A stretch of 63,268 nucleotides of DNA, counting the filler, from Octopus bimaculoides (lineage: Eukaryota): NCBI RefSeq assembly GCF_001194135.2. It is 5 parts of 4 records of this genome, joined end to end, with 100 filler letters (N's around TTAATTAATTAA, not from the genome) between each part and the next. Parts side by side here need not be neighbours in the genome. Positions count along the whole stretch, not along the records: positions 35,621 to 57,739 come from NC_068981.1; 4 more parts are not named here. One strand, given 5' to 3'. A program made the position numbers and the translations under genes. The notes beneath the pieces are model-generated. The model saw only the letters and a list, made by a program, of their open reading frames with translations, ran no database searches and was not told the DNA's origin. Positions 39,151-53,035 of this stretch are shown here, piece by piece; within the stretch, counting starts at the first letter, position 1; each line of letters starts with the position of its first letter.

Positions 39151-39809
39151 TAAATAATTTGAATGTATAATTGCAGATTTAAATAAATTTTAATGATTAT
39201 ATGGGAGTCTATTTGCTTATATCATGTCGGTAAATATATATATATATANNNNNNNNNNNNNNNNNNNNNNNNNNNNNNNNNNNNNNNNNNNNNNNNNNNN
39301 NNNNNNNNNNNNNNNNNNNNNNNNNNNNNNNNNNNNNNNNNNNNNNNNNNNNNNNNNNNNNNNNNNNNNNNNNNNNNNNNNNNNNNNNNNNNNNNNNNNN
39401 NNNNNNNNNNNNNNNNNNNNNNNNNNNNNNNNNNNNNNNNNNNNNNNNNNNNNNNNNNNNNNNNNNNNNNNNNNNNNNNNNNNNNNNNNNNNNNNNNNNN
39501 NNNNNNNNNNNNNNNNNNNNNNNNNNNNNNNNNNNNNNNNNNNNNNNNNNNNNNNNNNNNNNNNNNNNNNNNNNNNNNNNNNNNNNNNNNNNNNNNNNNN
39601 NNNNNNNNNNNNNNNNNNNNNNNNNNNNNNNNNNNNNNNNNNNNNNNNNNNNNNNNNNNNNNNNNNNNNNNNNNNNNNNNNNNNNNNNNNNNNNNNNNNN
39701 NNNNNNNNNNNNNNNNNNNNNNNNNNNNNNNNNNNNNNNNNNNNNNCAACAAGGCATTGTGTACGCTAATGACTTTGAATTTTAATATTAACGAAAACAA
39801 AGTGTGTGT

Positions 39810-39856
<47 letters not shown>

Positions 39857-40754
39857 TGTGTGTGTGCGTGTGTGTGTGTGTGTGTGTATATGCTGTATAC
39901 GTGGGTGTGTCTGCGGGCATCTTTGAAAAGCTAATGCTAAATTTCACCAATTGTTTTCGGTAGGAGATACCATTACAGATGTGATATTGATCAATGAAGA
40001 ATTATATAAATATTTCTTTCATAAGAATGCAGGAAATGGATCGTTTAATGGTTTCCAGAACAAAAGCAAAAACGAAATTAATAGGCTGAGAAAGGTTCGG
40101 AGTTGTTGACACTTAGAGATGTGACCGGATGCCATAACAAAATGAAATACATGGAACTCATCAGGAGCTAATATATATCACATTACAAAACTAAAGTGGA
40201 GATAAGGATTGTGAAAGTATGCAAACGATGTGTTTTATATATACTAACTTATAGACATATCTACACATATACGTACAACGCACACATACTCACACACACA
40301 TGCACACACACACATACACACACACACACATACAAACACACACACACATGTGTGTACATATAAATTATTTATTGGTGTGTGTGTTATGTGTATGTGTTTC
40401 TGTGTTGTTTTATAAAGGAGCAAATGTACTCAAAATGTGTTGTTCCATATAGTTATATTTACATCATACTTATGCATGCATGTATGTATGTATATATATG
40501 TATGCATGTACGCATGCATGTAAGTATGTATGTAGGTATTTATCTATATCTATACCTATCTACACACAGGCACACACACACGCACACACATATGTATATT
40601 GGAGTTAGGAGGGATATATTATCTGGGCGGATACCGTGGTGGCTCTCAGTTAAGTTGCAGGTTACGGCTAACCACACCGATCAGTATTTAACGCCAATGA
40701 CACCTCTTAGTTATCATTCACGCTGTAATTCCTCCGATTGGTAATTCCTTGTTC

Positions 40755-41190
40755 GCTACAATGGGTACAACAGATGAGGTACTGGGAGACGCTGAAGTAA
40801 CTCAGAGTGCACTTCAGAGAGAAGATGCGAAAGATATGCTATGATGTACGTATGGAAAATCCAAGCTACACCAACCACCGAAACGGACGACACTGCATAG
40901 AACCATAGATCCTGTCTTCTCCATTTAGAATAAGAACCTAGTATTCTAACATCTTGGGATTCAAGGGCCGCAAGTTTTAAACATTCTGCAAACAACCTCT
41001 GAGATCTTCGAGGTGCGTATGTTAAGGTTTTCAAAGAACGATTGGACATATTTCTGTTTGATACGTGAAATCGCACCAGGAAACACATAGGAGAGCAGCT
41101 CTGTCAAACTCGCTGCTCCAACAGAAACAGTACAGGAAAGAAACTGAAACAGACAAAAAGGCGGTGATCCAGCATGACCTCAGCCAATAT
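40755..41190 (+). mobile_element. CR1/L2-like LINE 3' end relic
   Basis: YWE.L...RRCERYAMMYVWK; LRDLRGAYVKVFKERLDIFL; RAALSNSLLQQ. Confidence 0.6.
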
Positions 41191-41360
41191 AAAAACACAC
41201 ACACACACATATGCATATATATATTCATGCATTCATATACCTGCATATATATATGTACATGTATGTATGTATATATATATATATATATATATATNNNNNN
41301 NNNNNNNNNNNNNNNNNNNNNNNNNNNNNNNNNNNNNNNNTATATATACGTATATATATA

Positions 41361-41981
41361 TATATAAAGAATGAGATAGAGACCAATGCCATAAATAAAT
41401 TTATATTTTATGTAGAATGTCTTACAGCTGTTTCAGGGAAAATTCAATGTATCCCTTCATCGGAGACGTAATAGTAGAAGATAAGGATTATTACATTTGT
41501 ATGAGGAGATTTGCAGTAAGAAATGAGAGCGATGCGGAGAAGAAACAACAAAGAAAAAGTACTTAATTTCCTCCTTAAATATTTCCTTCTCCTTCCTTCC
41601 TGTCTTATGGCTTGATCTCACACATGTTCCACTCACTTCGGGCTGTCCTTTAAGTAAACTGGATACGAAATGATATATATCCACCAAAATAGCTATAATT
41701 ATCACTGAAAAATACCCACACGCATTCTATACATGGATATTTACTTTTGGAAGGGAAATATACTCCAAGTACTTTTTTCTTCTTTACTTTTTCTTCTCCG
41801 CATCACTCTCATTTCTTACTGCAAATCTCCTCATACAAATGTAATCATCCTTATCTTCTACTATTACCGTCTCCGATGAAGGGATACATTGAATTTTCCC
41901 TGAAAGAGCTGTAAGATATTCTACATAAAATATAAATTTATTTATGCCATTGGTCTCTTTATCGCATTCTTTTTATATATA
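41361..41981. mobile_element. About 620-bp foldback/MITE with about 200-bp inverted arms
   Basis: 41361-41564 is the reverse complement of 41767-41981 at high identity; sits in (TA)n. Confidence 0.85.
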
Positions 41982-42119
41982 CAAACGCTAATACGCAACC
42001 CATGTTATATTCCCCATTTATGTTGCAACCACATCTGGGGAAAAACTAGTCGGTATACAGCACTTACTCGGTATTACGTGTATCATTCCGGTCTTGTTGA
42101 CTCCATTACCCTTCATAAC

Positions 42120-42154
<35 letters not shown>

Positions 42155-43286
42155 AATATATATTGTTTTCGTATATCATGTGTTTACGTTCTGTGACGTC
42201 CTGTACCCATATATACATATCTATATACATATATATGTAGCTATGTATTTATATGTATGTATATATGCATATAAATATATTATTTATATTATTATATGAT
42301 TGAACGCCACACATCTATTTCCAAGTAAGTTTTATCTTAATAATTTCGATGCGACATTTATTGTTCTATTTCTAACTCTTTCTATTTATCTTTGTCTTTC
42401 CCTCACCCCTTTCATTTCCTCTCTCTTCCTTTCTCTAATTCTTTTATTTCCCCTTCTTCCCCTTTCATGTTTCTCTCTCTCTCATTTTTTCTCTAATTCT
42501 TTTCCTCTCCCTTTCATCGTTCACTATCTGTCCCTCTCTCTCCCTCACTTTTCCTCCTTTGCTCCCTCGTTGCTCACACGTAACCATCGGCCATATTTCT
42601 TTTCCTAAACTTAGTTTCTTTCTTTTCTTCTGATCAACTACAGGGATCAGACGCATTTTGTCTGTCTCCACCAAAGCTTGTTTCTCCAGCGTTTGCCACC
42701 TCACATCGTTCAGGCTTAGCAGCTCTTTCTTTTTGTTTTCACTGTCCTGTTTTTGTCACCAACTTTGACCCTCAGCAAAATCACAAATTTTATTTAATTT
42801 GTTTTGCGGGAGCAAATCTTTTGTCGATGGCGTATCATGTCGTGAACTGCCCGAAACACGGAGTAGACAAAGTTGACTGCTGATGAAGGGTCCTTCTTTA
42901 TGTTGCTTGTCTTGTTCTCCATTTGCTTCTTTCGTTGTTCGCAAAAAAGTTCGTTGTCCATGTTTTCGTATTTCGTATTTCATGTTTACGTTCTGTGACG
43001 TCCTGTACCCATATATGCATATGTATATACATATATATGTAGGTATGTACATATATGTATGTATATATACAAACATATATTATTATATTATTATATGATT
43101 GAACGCCACACATCCATTTCCAAGTAAGTAAGTAAGTATATANNNNNNNNNNNNNNNNNNNNNNNNNNNNNNNNNNNNNNNNNNNNNNNNNNNNNNNNNN
43201 NNNNNNNNNNNNNNNNNNNNNNNNNNNNNNNNNNNNNNNNNNNNNNNNNNNNNNNNTATATATATACATGTATATATATATATATA

Positions 43287-43332
<46 letters not shown>

Positions 43333-43750
43333 TGTGTGTGTGTGTGTGAGTTTGTGTGTGTTAATATTTTGGTTAGGTACAGCGAAACTGATAACTTGAT
43401 GTAGAACTCAATATATGTATGGCCCAGAACACAATTTTATATGAGTATAGACTGATAATAGAAAGGAAAGAGAAAACACAGGAAAATCAAATGTTATGTA
43501 ATGAACTTCATTAGCTTACAGTTGTTTCTGTTATAAGATGTGGTGGACTTTTCATGTTCTGAAAATATAACTTTCACAAATAAAGTGCACCTCATATTCA
43601 AGTCTCTGTTGTAGCCATAGGATGTATTCCTGGTACTCAACTAAAAGACCACTACTACTTTTAGCAGAACCCACTAATAGCTAATGATGTTCACTACATA
43701 GTATTTGGTATTTCCGGTGTCATCTCTTTGTCTTCTATACACACACACAC

Positions 43751-43788
<38 letters not shown>

Positions 43789-44004
43789 ATGTATGTATGT
43801 ATGTATGTATGTATGAGTTTGTGTCTATGCACGTATGTATGTGTGCATCCATGTATGTACTATACTTTTCCAAGAAAAATGGTAATAATTTCTAGGAATT
43901 CTCAGCGTGGCAGTCTTCACTGGACTGTGGTAAATTTGAATTCATCTTGGTTTTATGTAGTCATTGGCAATGTGAAGGTTACACTTATATTTTTTGTCAA
44001 CAAA

Positions 44005-44285
44005 CTGGCACTCCGTCAATTACGACGATGAAGGTTCCAGTTGATCCAATCAACGTAACAGCCTGCTCGTAAAATTAACATGCAAGTGGCTGAACACCCC
44101 ACAAACACACGTACTCTTTACATAGTTCTCAATGAGATTCAGCATGTCACAGTGAGTAAGCTAGCTTTTCGAAATACAGGCACTACTTATTTTTCCAGCT
44201 GAGGGGACTCAAGCAACCCGCCACCGGGAATCGTGCTTACGGGTTTACGATCGTGAACCGAATACTCCTAACAACTAAGCCACGC
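44005..44285 (-). mobile_element. SINE family C
   Basis: GGCACTCCGTC...CAGCCTGCTCGT...GCAAGTGGCTGA shared with 17445-17798. Confidence 0.75.
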
Positions 44286-47200
44286 ACCATCACTTTGTCA
44301 ACAATATGACGCGATATTGTCAACAGCTACGGCATCTAATCTTATTAGTTCTCGCTAACATAAACACATTCACTACACTGCATACAAAAACAGCGGTGAT
44401 ATCACTGAGAGATCTGTTATTCCATAACTAAGTACGTGTTCGCTGGTTCGATGATGTCACTAAACCTTTACTGCAAAACTTTTTAAGACAAATATTAAAA
44501 CAGATTCTCTGCACCTTTTCCTAGTGCTGAATATCTACAGTGTATATTTCAGAAATTTTTTCTACTTTTTTTTTTTAGAGACAGGTTAAGTTTAATATAG
44601 ATAATCCTCCACTGGGTTTAACTCGGTTTATAAAAAATAGAACTTGTATCATGAAGGGTGGAATACATTTTTAAGTTGCATGAACTGAATAAATTTCTGC
44701 ACTTTTCTCTAACTTCTTACACCGTTTGCTCAATCTGTGCTTGGGTGAGAGGGCAAGAATCCTACAAACAATCCTTCAACTTGAGGCCCTTTCTAAACTC
44801 CAGGAAAGAAGAATCCAATCAATGCCGTCATTTAAAACGTTTCCTATTTTAGACTTGGAATTCTCCATTCGTTGAATAGTCTCGCTACAGCTCCTTCAAA
44901 TATCACCATAACCGGGGCCGATGTAAGGGTAATAACCCCGTCCCGCTAACCCCGTTCAGCCTGCAGCAGGGGCAATTACTTTTTGTTCGCAAAACCAACT
45001 CACTGTTACATAATTTCTTCCTCCAGTTGTAGAGAAGTTATGTGCCTTCAGCCATTTGAGACTGACGAGTCGTTTATACTGCTATGCGCTTTGTAGGTAT
45101 GAAATCAATGGTAACTCTGGCATCGGCCGTAACGCTTAACTTTCTAAAAAAATATATGTATGTATATGTATATACATATATACAAATACATATGTGTGCG
45201 TACATAAATATATGTGAGTGTGTGTATGCATATACATAGTACTGAGTTTTGGATACATGTAGAAGTTGGATACTACTTGTAATTTCATTCACTTCATTTC
45301 TTATAAATTAGAATATTAAATATTTGAGATTCTAAGAAATCTACCAGCAAATGAGTGATTAATGATTCAAGGAGAATTTAAGCATCATGAACTTCGCAAA
45401 TAAGCCTTAAAATTAGCCTTGTTGCAAAGAAGATAACAGTTCAGTTGCTGCTCATTCTAAGCCTATGTTATTGATAATGTTACAGATTGTCTATTTACAA
45501 AACTATTACTTGTAGATAAGTTATATGGCTTACATTATAGAATATTTTCTAAACATCAGCCGAAGAAGGAAAGCGTAAATACATGATCGAAGCATTTAGA
45601 TAAATTATTTTTATATGGTAATGATAAAGGACACATATATTAAAGCTAGAGTAATGGAAGTTTTCATTGAAAGATTGCATAAAAAATTATCCCTAACCTT
45701 AAATATTCATCAACATCAACAACAATATAGAATTCTTTAACAAACTCACATAATCTGAATGACAGACTCATTAAAACTCAGTATGATGTTTCCAAATAGT
45801 TTTCAAATTAACAAATATGTTTCGCTTGCGGTGACGGAGATTTGATGATATATGTAAATAAACATGTGCATATACACAGTCTTATATGTCTTTAATCTGT
45901 TTTGCAAGCAACCAAGTTAAATCGTTTTATGTAAATGCCATGCAAAATAAACAAAAATATAAAAAATTTCTTGAGTGAGAAAATCAATAATGTTCTCTGA
46001 GGCTACTTCTTTTCGGATTTCTTTGTTTCTTTTTTCTTCAGCCACAAAAAGCCCTGTTTTGATGCCATTAGCTATTAGCCTAAGGTTGAAAAATATCAAA
46101 TTAAAAATATTTATACGCGGAATGTTATTTAAATAGATTTGTAGTTTCATCTTTCATAGCATTTTATCGTTTTTCGTTTTGTTTTGCTTGATGATTAGTA
46201 AGGTTACAAAAACATAATTTCCTCCAACATCGTTGGATTTTGATTTTAATCTTATTTATAATGTTATCATATTTTTGCTAATTACCATAAATAATTTAAT
46301 TGATCGCAACAGCATATAAGGTTATATCAATATTCAGGTTTTATTTCTATATTTTCATTTCCACAGTAATCACTGAAAGATATGTTGGACTCTCGATATT
46401 GGTGTTGTCGTTTCGAATCACTTCAGCACTAGAACTATACCTGTGTATTTATAGGAATATACCAGAGTTTATGTGTATATATATATATATATATANNNNN
46501 NNNNNNNNNNNNNNNNNNNNNNNNNNNNNNNNNNNNNNNNNNNNNNNNNNNNNNNNNNNNNNNNNNNNNTATACGCGCAGTGAGTATGTGCATGTGTATG
46601 CATATATTATATATGTATTTATACCTGCACACATGCAAACTTACAAACACACATACAGACTCGTATGCTTTCGCTATATTTTTAAAGCGGCTAATAGTTT
46701 TAAAATATTGTATGCATATATAAAGGACATCTACAACTTCAGTCTAATTCACGAATGAAAGAAAATAAAAGAAAAAAGAAACAGGTCTCACCTAAAGAGT
46801 AGGATACTACGTCTCTTGCTTCTCAGGCAAGAGGAGAAATTGTACAGAGTGGAAAATGATTTCCCAGATTCAACCAATATAAAATGTATCATTTTACTTG
46901 GCTAACAGAAGACTCACGGTTCACGATCTGTAGTAGGAGTCAGTATTTCTTTTCAAGTTGCACTTATTGACGTGTTATATGCGCGTGTGTATTCCTATGC
47001 ACGCACACAGGTATTCATATACACATGCACCGATACACATATTTTTGCATGTATGAGCATAGGAGAAAAACGCTGGGCGTTTACGCATGAACGTGTGCAC
47101 AAGCAATCTTACATTATATCTATTCTCGCACTATCTCAATAGTTACGTACAGACGTTGCTGTGCGGTAAGACGTTTCGCTTTCTAACAACATGATTCCTG

Positions 47201-47778
47201 GTTCAGGCCCATTGCTTGACCACTTGTGCAAGTACTATCAACTATAGCCTCGGTCCGACCAAAGCCTTGTGAATGGATTTGATAGACGGAAACATTACTC
47301 TTCACGCTTGAAACTAGGCGTAGCAACGAAATTGAATCAAACTCTTTTAATCCATTTATGTATATATATATATATATATATATNNNNNNNNNNNNNNNNN
47401 NNNNNNNNNNNNNNNNNNNNNNNNNNNNNNNNNNNNNNNNNNNNNNNNNNNNNNNNNNNNNNNNNNNNNNNNNNNNNNNNNNNNNNNNNNNNNNNNNNNN
47501 NNNNNNNNNNNNNNNNNNNNNNNNNNNNNNNNNNNNNNNNNNNNNNNNNNNNNNNNNNNNNNNNNNNNNNNNNNNNNNNNNNNNNNNNNNNNNNNNNNAT
47601 ATACATAAAAATTCAAATTACGACAAACGTAAACAAAAAAAACGAAGTTTGCTTTTAGAAGCGTTGAGATGTCTTAGAAAGTTAAAGAAGTGATTTTAAA
47701 TTCTCAATCGCAGGATAATGCTAATAATATAGCCTGAACTGGATAAACTACCCCTATTTTGCAGAATAGGGGTGTAGG

Positions 47779-47855
47779 TGGTTAGCTGTGGACTCGAACT
47801 CACATCTCCGTGATTACACGTCACGATGCTTTCACCGATTGAGTTAAACTCCCCC
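47779..47855 (-). pseudogene. tRNA-Thr(UGU)-like pseudogene or SINE head
   Basis: Anticodon arm CGUGA-CGUGUAA-UCACG; A-box-like TAACTCAATCGG and B-box GTTCGAGTC; acceptor stem is broken. Confidence 0.5.
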
Positions 47856-48091
47856 ACTACAGATTCCTCTGCAAATTTAAGATATATAGAAATCTCGCTT
47901 TATGAGACCCTATCATATGTTAAATTCAAATTACGACAAACGTAAACAAACAAACGAAGTTTGCTTTTAGAAGTGTTGAGATGTCTTAGAAAGTTAAAGA
48001 ATTGATTTTAAATTCTCAATCGCAGAATAATTCTAATAATATAGCTTGAACAGGATAAGCTACCCCTATTTTGCAGAAAAAAGTGTAGGTG

Positions 48092-48125
<34 letters not shown>

Positions 48126-49889
48126 GTGTGTGCTTGAAAACTGGTGTTAGTGTATTTACATCCCCGTTCGGCTAAAAGTTTTGAAGGCAGTACCCCAGCA
48201 TGGCCGTAATATTATATCACTAAAACAAGTAAAGGATAAGAGATATTTTAGTAGATTTCTTATAGCTACATTTATTAAATCTGAATGTTTTATCCTACGA
48301 CTGTAGATAATGAAGCAACGGTGTCACACGTGCTAAAAATAGCAGAGGAATGAAGTCAAGTTACGCCTGCTATCTAATAATAAGGAGCGACAGGACACGG
48401 AATCAGCTGATATAAAAACGGTTGGATGACCATGTGGTACGTCTTTAAACATATTCTTGTTAATGAGGGCTCAGTTGAGCTGATCAACATCTCGAGTCAA
48501 CAATAGAATTGTCCATAGTTCCATCAATTCATGAAATCGCAGCAAAATTCCTTACAAATTAACTAATTTAAAGCATCCCAAAGAGAAAAATTAAACATTC
48601 GTCACCATCGAATGGGATAAATGTATGTACCTACAAACCTGCATACTTATACATACATACATTATATATATATATATATATATANNNNNNNNNNNNNNNN
48701 NNNNNNNNNNNNNNNNNNNNNNNNNNNNNNNNNNNNNNNNNNNNNNNNNNNNNNNNNNNNNNNNNNNNNNNNNNNNNNNNNNNNNNNNNNNNNNNNNNNN
48801 NNNNNNNNNNNNNNNNNNNNNNNNNNNNNNNNNNNNNNNNNNNNNNNNNNNNNNNNNNNNNNNNNNNNNNNNNNNNNNNNNNNNNNNNNNNNNNNNNNNN
48901 NNNNNNNNNNNNNNNNNNNNNNNNNNNNNNNNNNNNNNNNNNNNNNNNNNNNNNNNNNNNNNNNNNNNNNNNNNNNNNNNNNNNNNNNNNNNNNNNNNNN
49001 NNNNNNNNNNNNNNNNNNNNNNNNNNNNNNNNNNNNNNNNNNNNNNNNNNNNNNNNNNNNNNNNNNNNNNNNNNNNNNNNNNNNNNNNNNNNNNNNNNNN
49101 NNNNNNNNNNNNNNNNNNNNNNNNNNNNNNNNNNNNNNNNNNNNNNNNNNNNNNNNNNNNNNNNNNNNNNNNNNNNNNNNNNNNNNNNNNNNNNNNNNNN
49201 NNNNNNNNNNNNNNNNNNNNNNNNNNNNNNNNNNNNNNNNNNNNNNNNNNNNNNNNNNNNNNNNNNNNNNNNNNNNNNNNNNNNNNNNNNNNNNNNNNNN
49301 NNNNNNNNNNNNNNNNNNNNNNNNNNNNNNNNNNNNNNNNNNNNNNNNNNNNNNNNNNNNNNNNNNNNNNNNNNNNNNNNNNNNNNNNNNNNNNNNNNNN
49401 NNNNNNNNNNNNNNNNNNNNNNNNNNNNNNNNNNNNNNNNNNNNNNNNNNNNNNNNNNNNNNNNNNNNNNNNNNNNNNNNNNNNNNNNNNNNNNNNNNNN
49501 NNNNNNNNNNNNNNNNNNNNNNNNNNNNNNNNNNNNNNNNNNNNNNNNNNNNNNNNNNNNNNNNNNNNNNNNNNNNNNNNNNNNNNNNGTGTGAGAGAAA
49601 GAGAGAGAAAGAGAGCGAGGATGGGCAATTTTGTGGGTAATCAAATTAAGCATATTGAATATAATAGTCTGGGTATACATGATTTGTATTTTATAACCAA
49701 ACTATTATATTTACTATATCTAATTTGTTTAGCCGCATAATTAACTCTAAATTCGTTCAACTTGATTCCTCTTATAGTTACGCTTTACCCTGTGGAATCG
49801 ATCTCCTGTAAAGATATCGGAGTCTAAGTTTGAATCTTTTGAACATGACTATCTTCTATGAGAATCTCAGGAGCCCATCTGTGAACTAC

Positions 49890-49929
<40 letters not shown>

Positions 49930-51034
49930 GTGTGTGTGTATACACAACCTGGTTTTCACTTGAACAACTTCCATCATACGTGTGTGTTCAGGCACTGACC
50001 TGTGTTAGGCAACACCAATAACAACGTTCCAAGTAATGTTTGAAAATATACCATCGTAATATAAAGTAAAACAAAAGTAGTCTGTCTTATTGATGATTAA
50101 TTTAAAATTCCAGGCCTAGCAAAATCTCCGAGGCCCTCGCGTAATAGGTGTTTTTAGTGATAATTATGTTTTGATATACTCCTACAGTCCTGTTATGTTT
50201 TGATTTCTTGTTTCTCANNNNNNNNNNNNNNNNNNNNNNNNNNNNNNNNNNNNNNNNNNNNNNNNNNNNNNNNNNNNNNNNNNNNNNNNNNNNNNNNNNN
50301 NNNNNNNNNNNNNNNNNNNNNNNNNNNNNNNNNNNNNNNNNNNNNNNNNNNNNNNNNNNNNNNNNNNNNNNNNNNNNNNNNNNNNNNNNNNNNNNNNNNN
50401 NNNNNNNNNNNNNNNNNNNNNNNNNNNNNNNNNNNNNNNNNNNNNNNNNNNNNNNNNNNNNNNNNNNNNNNNNNNNNNNNNNNNNNNNNNNNNNNNNNNN
50501 NNNNNNNNNNNNNNNNNNNNNNNNNNNNNNNNNNNNNNNNNNNNNNNNNNNNNNNNNNNNNNNNNNNNNNNNNNNNNNNNNNNNNNNNNNNNNNNNNNNN
50601 NNNNNNNNNNNNNNNNNNNNNNNNNNNNNNNNNNNNNNNNNNNNNNNNNNNNNNNNNNNTATATATATAAGCATGTATGCATAAGTGTATGTAAACTTAG
50701 CTATGTATGTGCGTGAATGTGGTTGGTGTACGAAAGGAAGCCATAATTGGTACAAACGATACAAGACGTTAAAATACACAGAAATAAATAAGACTAACAA
50801 GATTCAATTAAGTTATTCTCCATGGTCGTGTTGAAGAGCTAACTAACTAGAAAATGTCTGACTAATAAGCAACACAGAACGCACGAAAAGAAACATTTTC
50901 GGTTGAGTAGATAAAATAATACCAATTCTTCTCTGTTTAGTACCTCATAAAATAACGCTTTAGAACAACAACAATTGGAACAACAACGCCTGGAACAAGA
51001 GCAACACCATCAGCAACCAATGTAGTAGTAGTAT

Positions 51035-51078
<44 letters not shown>

Positions 51079-51299
51079 AAACAGAAGAAACTAAGAAAAA
51101 GCAATAAAGTCTCATAATTACAGATGTCGGGCGTAGTCAATCGAGTAGAGGATAATAATTGATTGGAACCTATTTTATCGATCAGAGAAGAAATAATAGC
51201 AACATTGATTCCTGATCTAACTGAACTTAGAAATCCTGTCATTCAATTTTCTAATATACTACTCTTTCTGCCAATATTCTACCAGTTTTTTGTAGTAGT

Positions 51300-51800
51300 A
51301 AATGACAGACATATTGGCACAAAGACTCATATTCCTGGTAAGTGCATAATAAATTAAACTAATTCGCACAGTTTGTTCAGACCCTCCATTAGTCCCTCAT
51401 TGAGTGTGGGACGGCCGTTGGATATGTGGAGGATACGAAGGGCGGCGATCTTCATCAATATAAAGGATCTCGTTGACTATGTTTTTACTATAAGGATGAA
51501 GTCACCAGTATCTGCATTTCAATGCAAATCACACCGACCACAAATCATCTCGGATTATCGTAGTATTTGCCAATTATCCATACTTGATTGCTAAATCTGT
51601 CGACTAATCAGTACGCCAGCAAGACTCTATGCATTGATCCCGTTCCTAAATATATTCTTCAAACAAAGAGGCACTCAAATTTCTGGCATAACTCTTTTAC
51701 ATATGTCTAAGCCATCTTTGGATTATTATGTTAGTAAAGATGATTGTTTATATTAGGATTTATATCACTGAAGTGCTTTCAGATCAACCCCGACTCCTGG
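51300..51800 (+). mobile_element. Very degenerate LINE RT relic
   Basis: SDYRSICQLSILD resembles the NYRPISLLS motif; downstream similarity is weak. Confidence 0.4.
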
Positions 51801-51999
51801 GAAATGCAAGCAAAGGGATGTTCTGCATGACGTAGCCTCACCAAAGCACAAAAAACGAGAGGTGTGCAAGTCCAGAGCCAAACACACCGTGAACCATTCT
51901 TCTTCTCCCGTGTGATGCCCTGTTCATCGTCGACAATGACGGACGAACATTATTATTATTATTATTATTATTATTTTTATTTTTATTATTATTATTATT

Positions 52000-52039
<40 letters not shown>

Positions 52040-52040
<1 letters not shown>

Positions 52041-52966
52041 CGTCGTTGTTGTTTTCTGTAGTATTTCACTCAAGGGAATCATTCCCAGCACGAATATCAG
52101 TAGGGACACAATATCCCCCTGGAAGATTCCTCTCATGATTTTCACCTTTCCAAGTACTTGCTTCCCTGCTATCAATTCCGTTCTCCAGTATTTCATGCTA
52201 TTCCATATAACGCTTCTCACGTTCTCTGCTACTCTATACATTTCCATTATTCTTATTATCCAGGAGTGTGGCATCATATCGTATGCTTTGCGACAGTCAA
52301 CCCATGCCATGCTCAGTTTTGATTGTTTTCTCTTGTAGTTCCTCATAATTAGATTATCAATTAAGAGTTGATCCTCCGTTCCCCGGCTTCTTTTTCGACA
52401 CCGTTTCTGTTCGGTGGGTGGCAGCCCATTTTTCTCCGAGTATCTGTACAGTTCAACAGCTAAAGTATCTGACATTAGTTTCCACATTAACGGAAGACAC
52501 GTTATCGGTCGAAAGTTGGATGCAACATTTCTCTTTTTAGGATCCTTGGCACATAACAATGGCTTTCCCTTTGTCATCTAACTAGGTACTGCGCCTTCCT
52601 TCATGCACTCATCTAGCTGCTGTGCTAGTCTTTCATGGAATCCTCTCAGCTTCTTCATCCAATACCCTTGGACACCACCCGATCCTGGGATCTTCTAATT
52701 TGGAAATTGTTTTAACTGCATTTTTATCATTTCTGTAGTTATGTCTATGTCTTCTTGGACTTCTATATTTCTTAACCTATCTTGAATTTCCTGCAGCCAC
52801 CCCGCTTCATCATTATGCTCTAAAGGTTGGTCCCAGATCCTTCTCCAGAATGCCTTGCTTTCCTCTGCATCTGGTATAACTGTTACGTGCATTTGTCCAT
52901 CTAGTTCCTGAAACAAGTTCTTCTGATTTGCTTCAAACAATCCGTTTTGCCTGAACTGTCTTTTTC
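52040..52966 (-). mobile_element. R4/Dong-like non-LTR retrotransposon RT fragment
   Basis: NFRPITCLPLMWKL, EQKRCRKRSRGTEDQLLID, AWVDCRKAYDMMPHSW and RGIFQGD; two in-frame stops; bounded by (AAT)n and (AAC)n(AAT)n. Confidence 0.88.
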
Positions 52967-53035
<69 letters not shown>

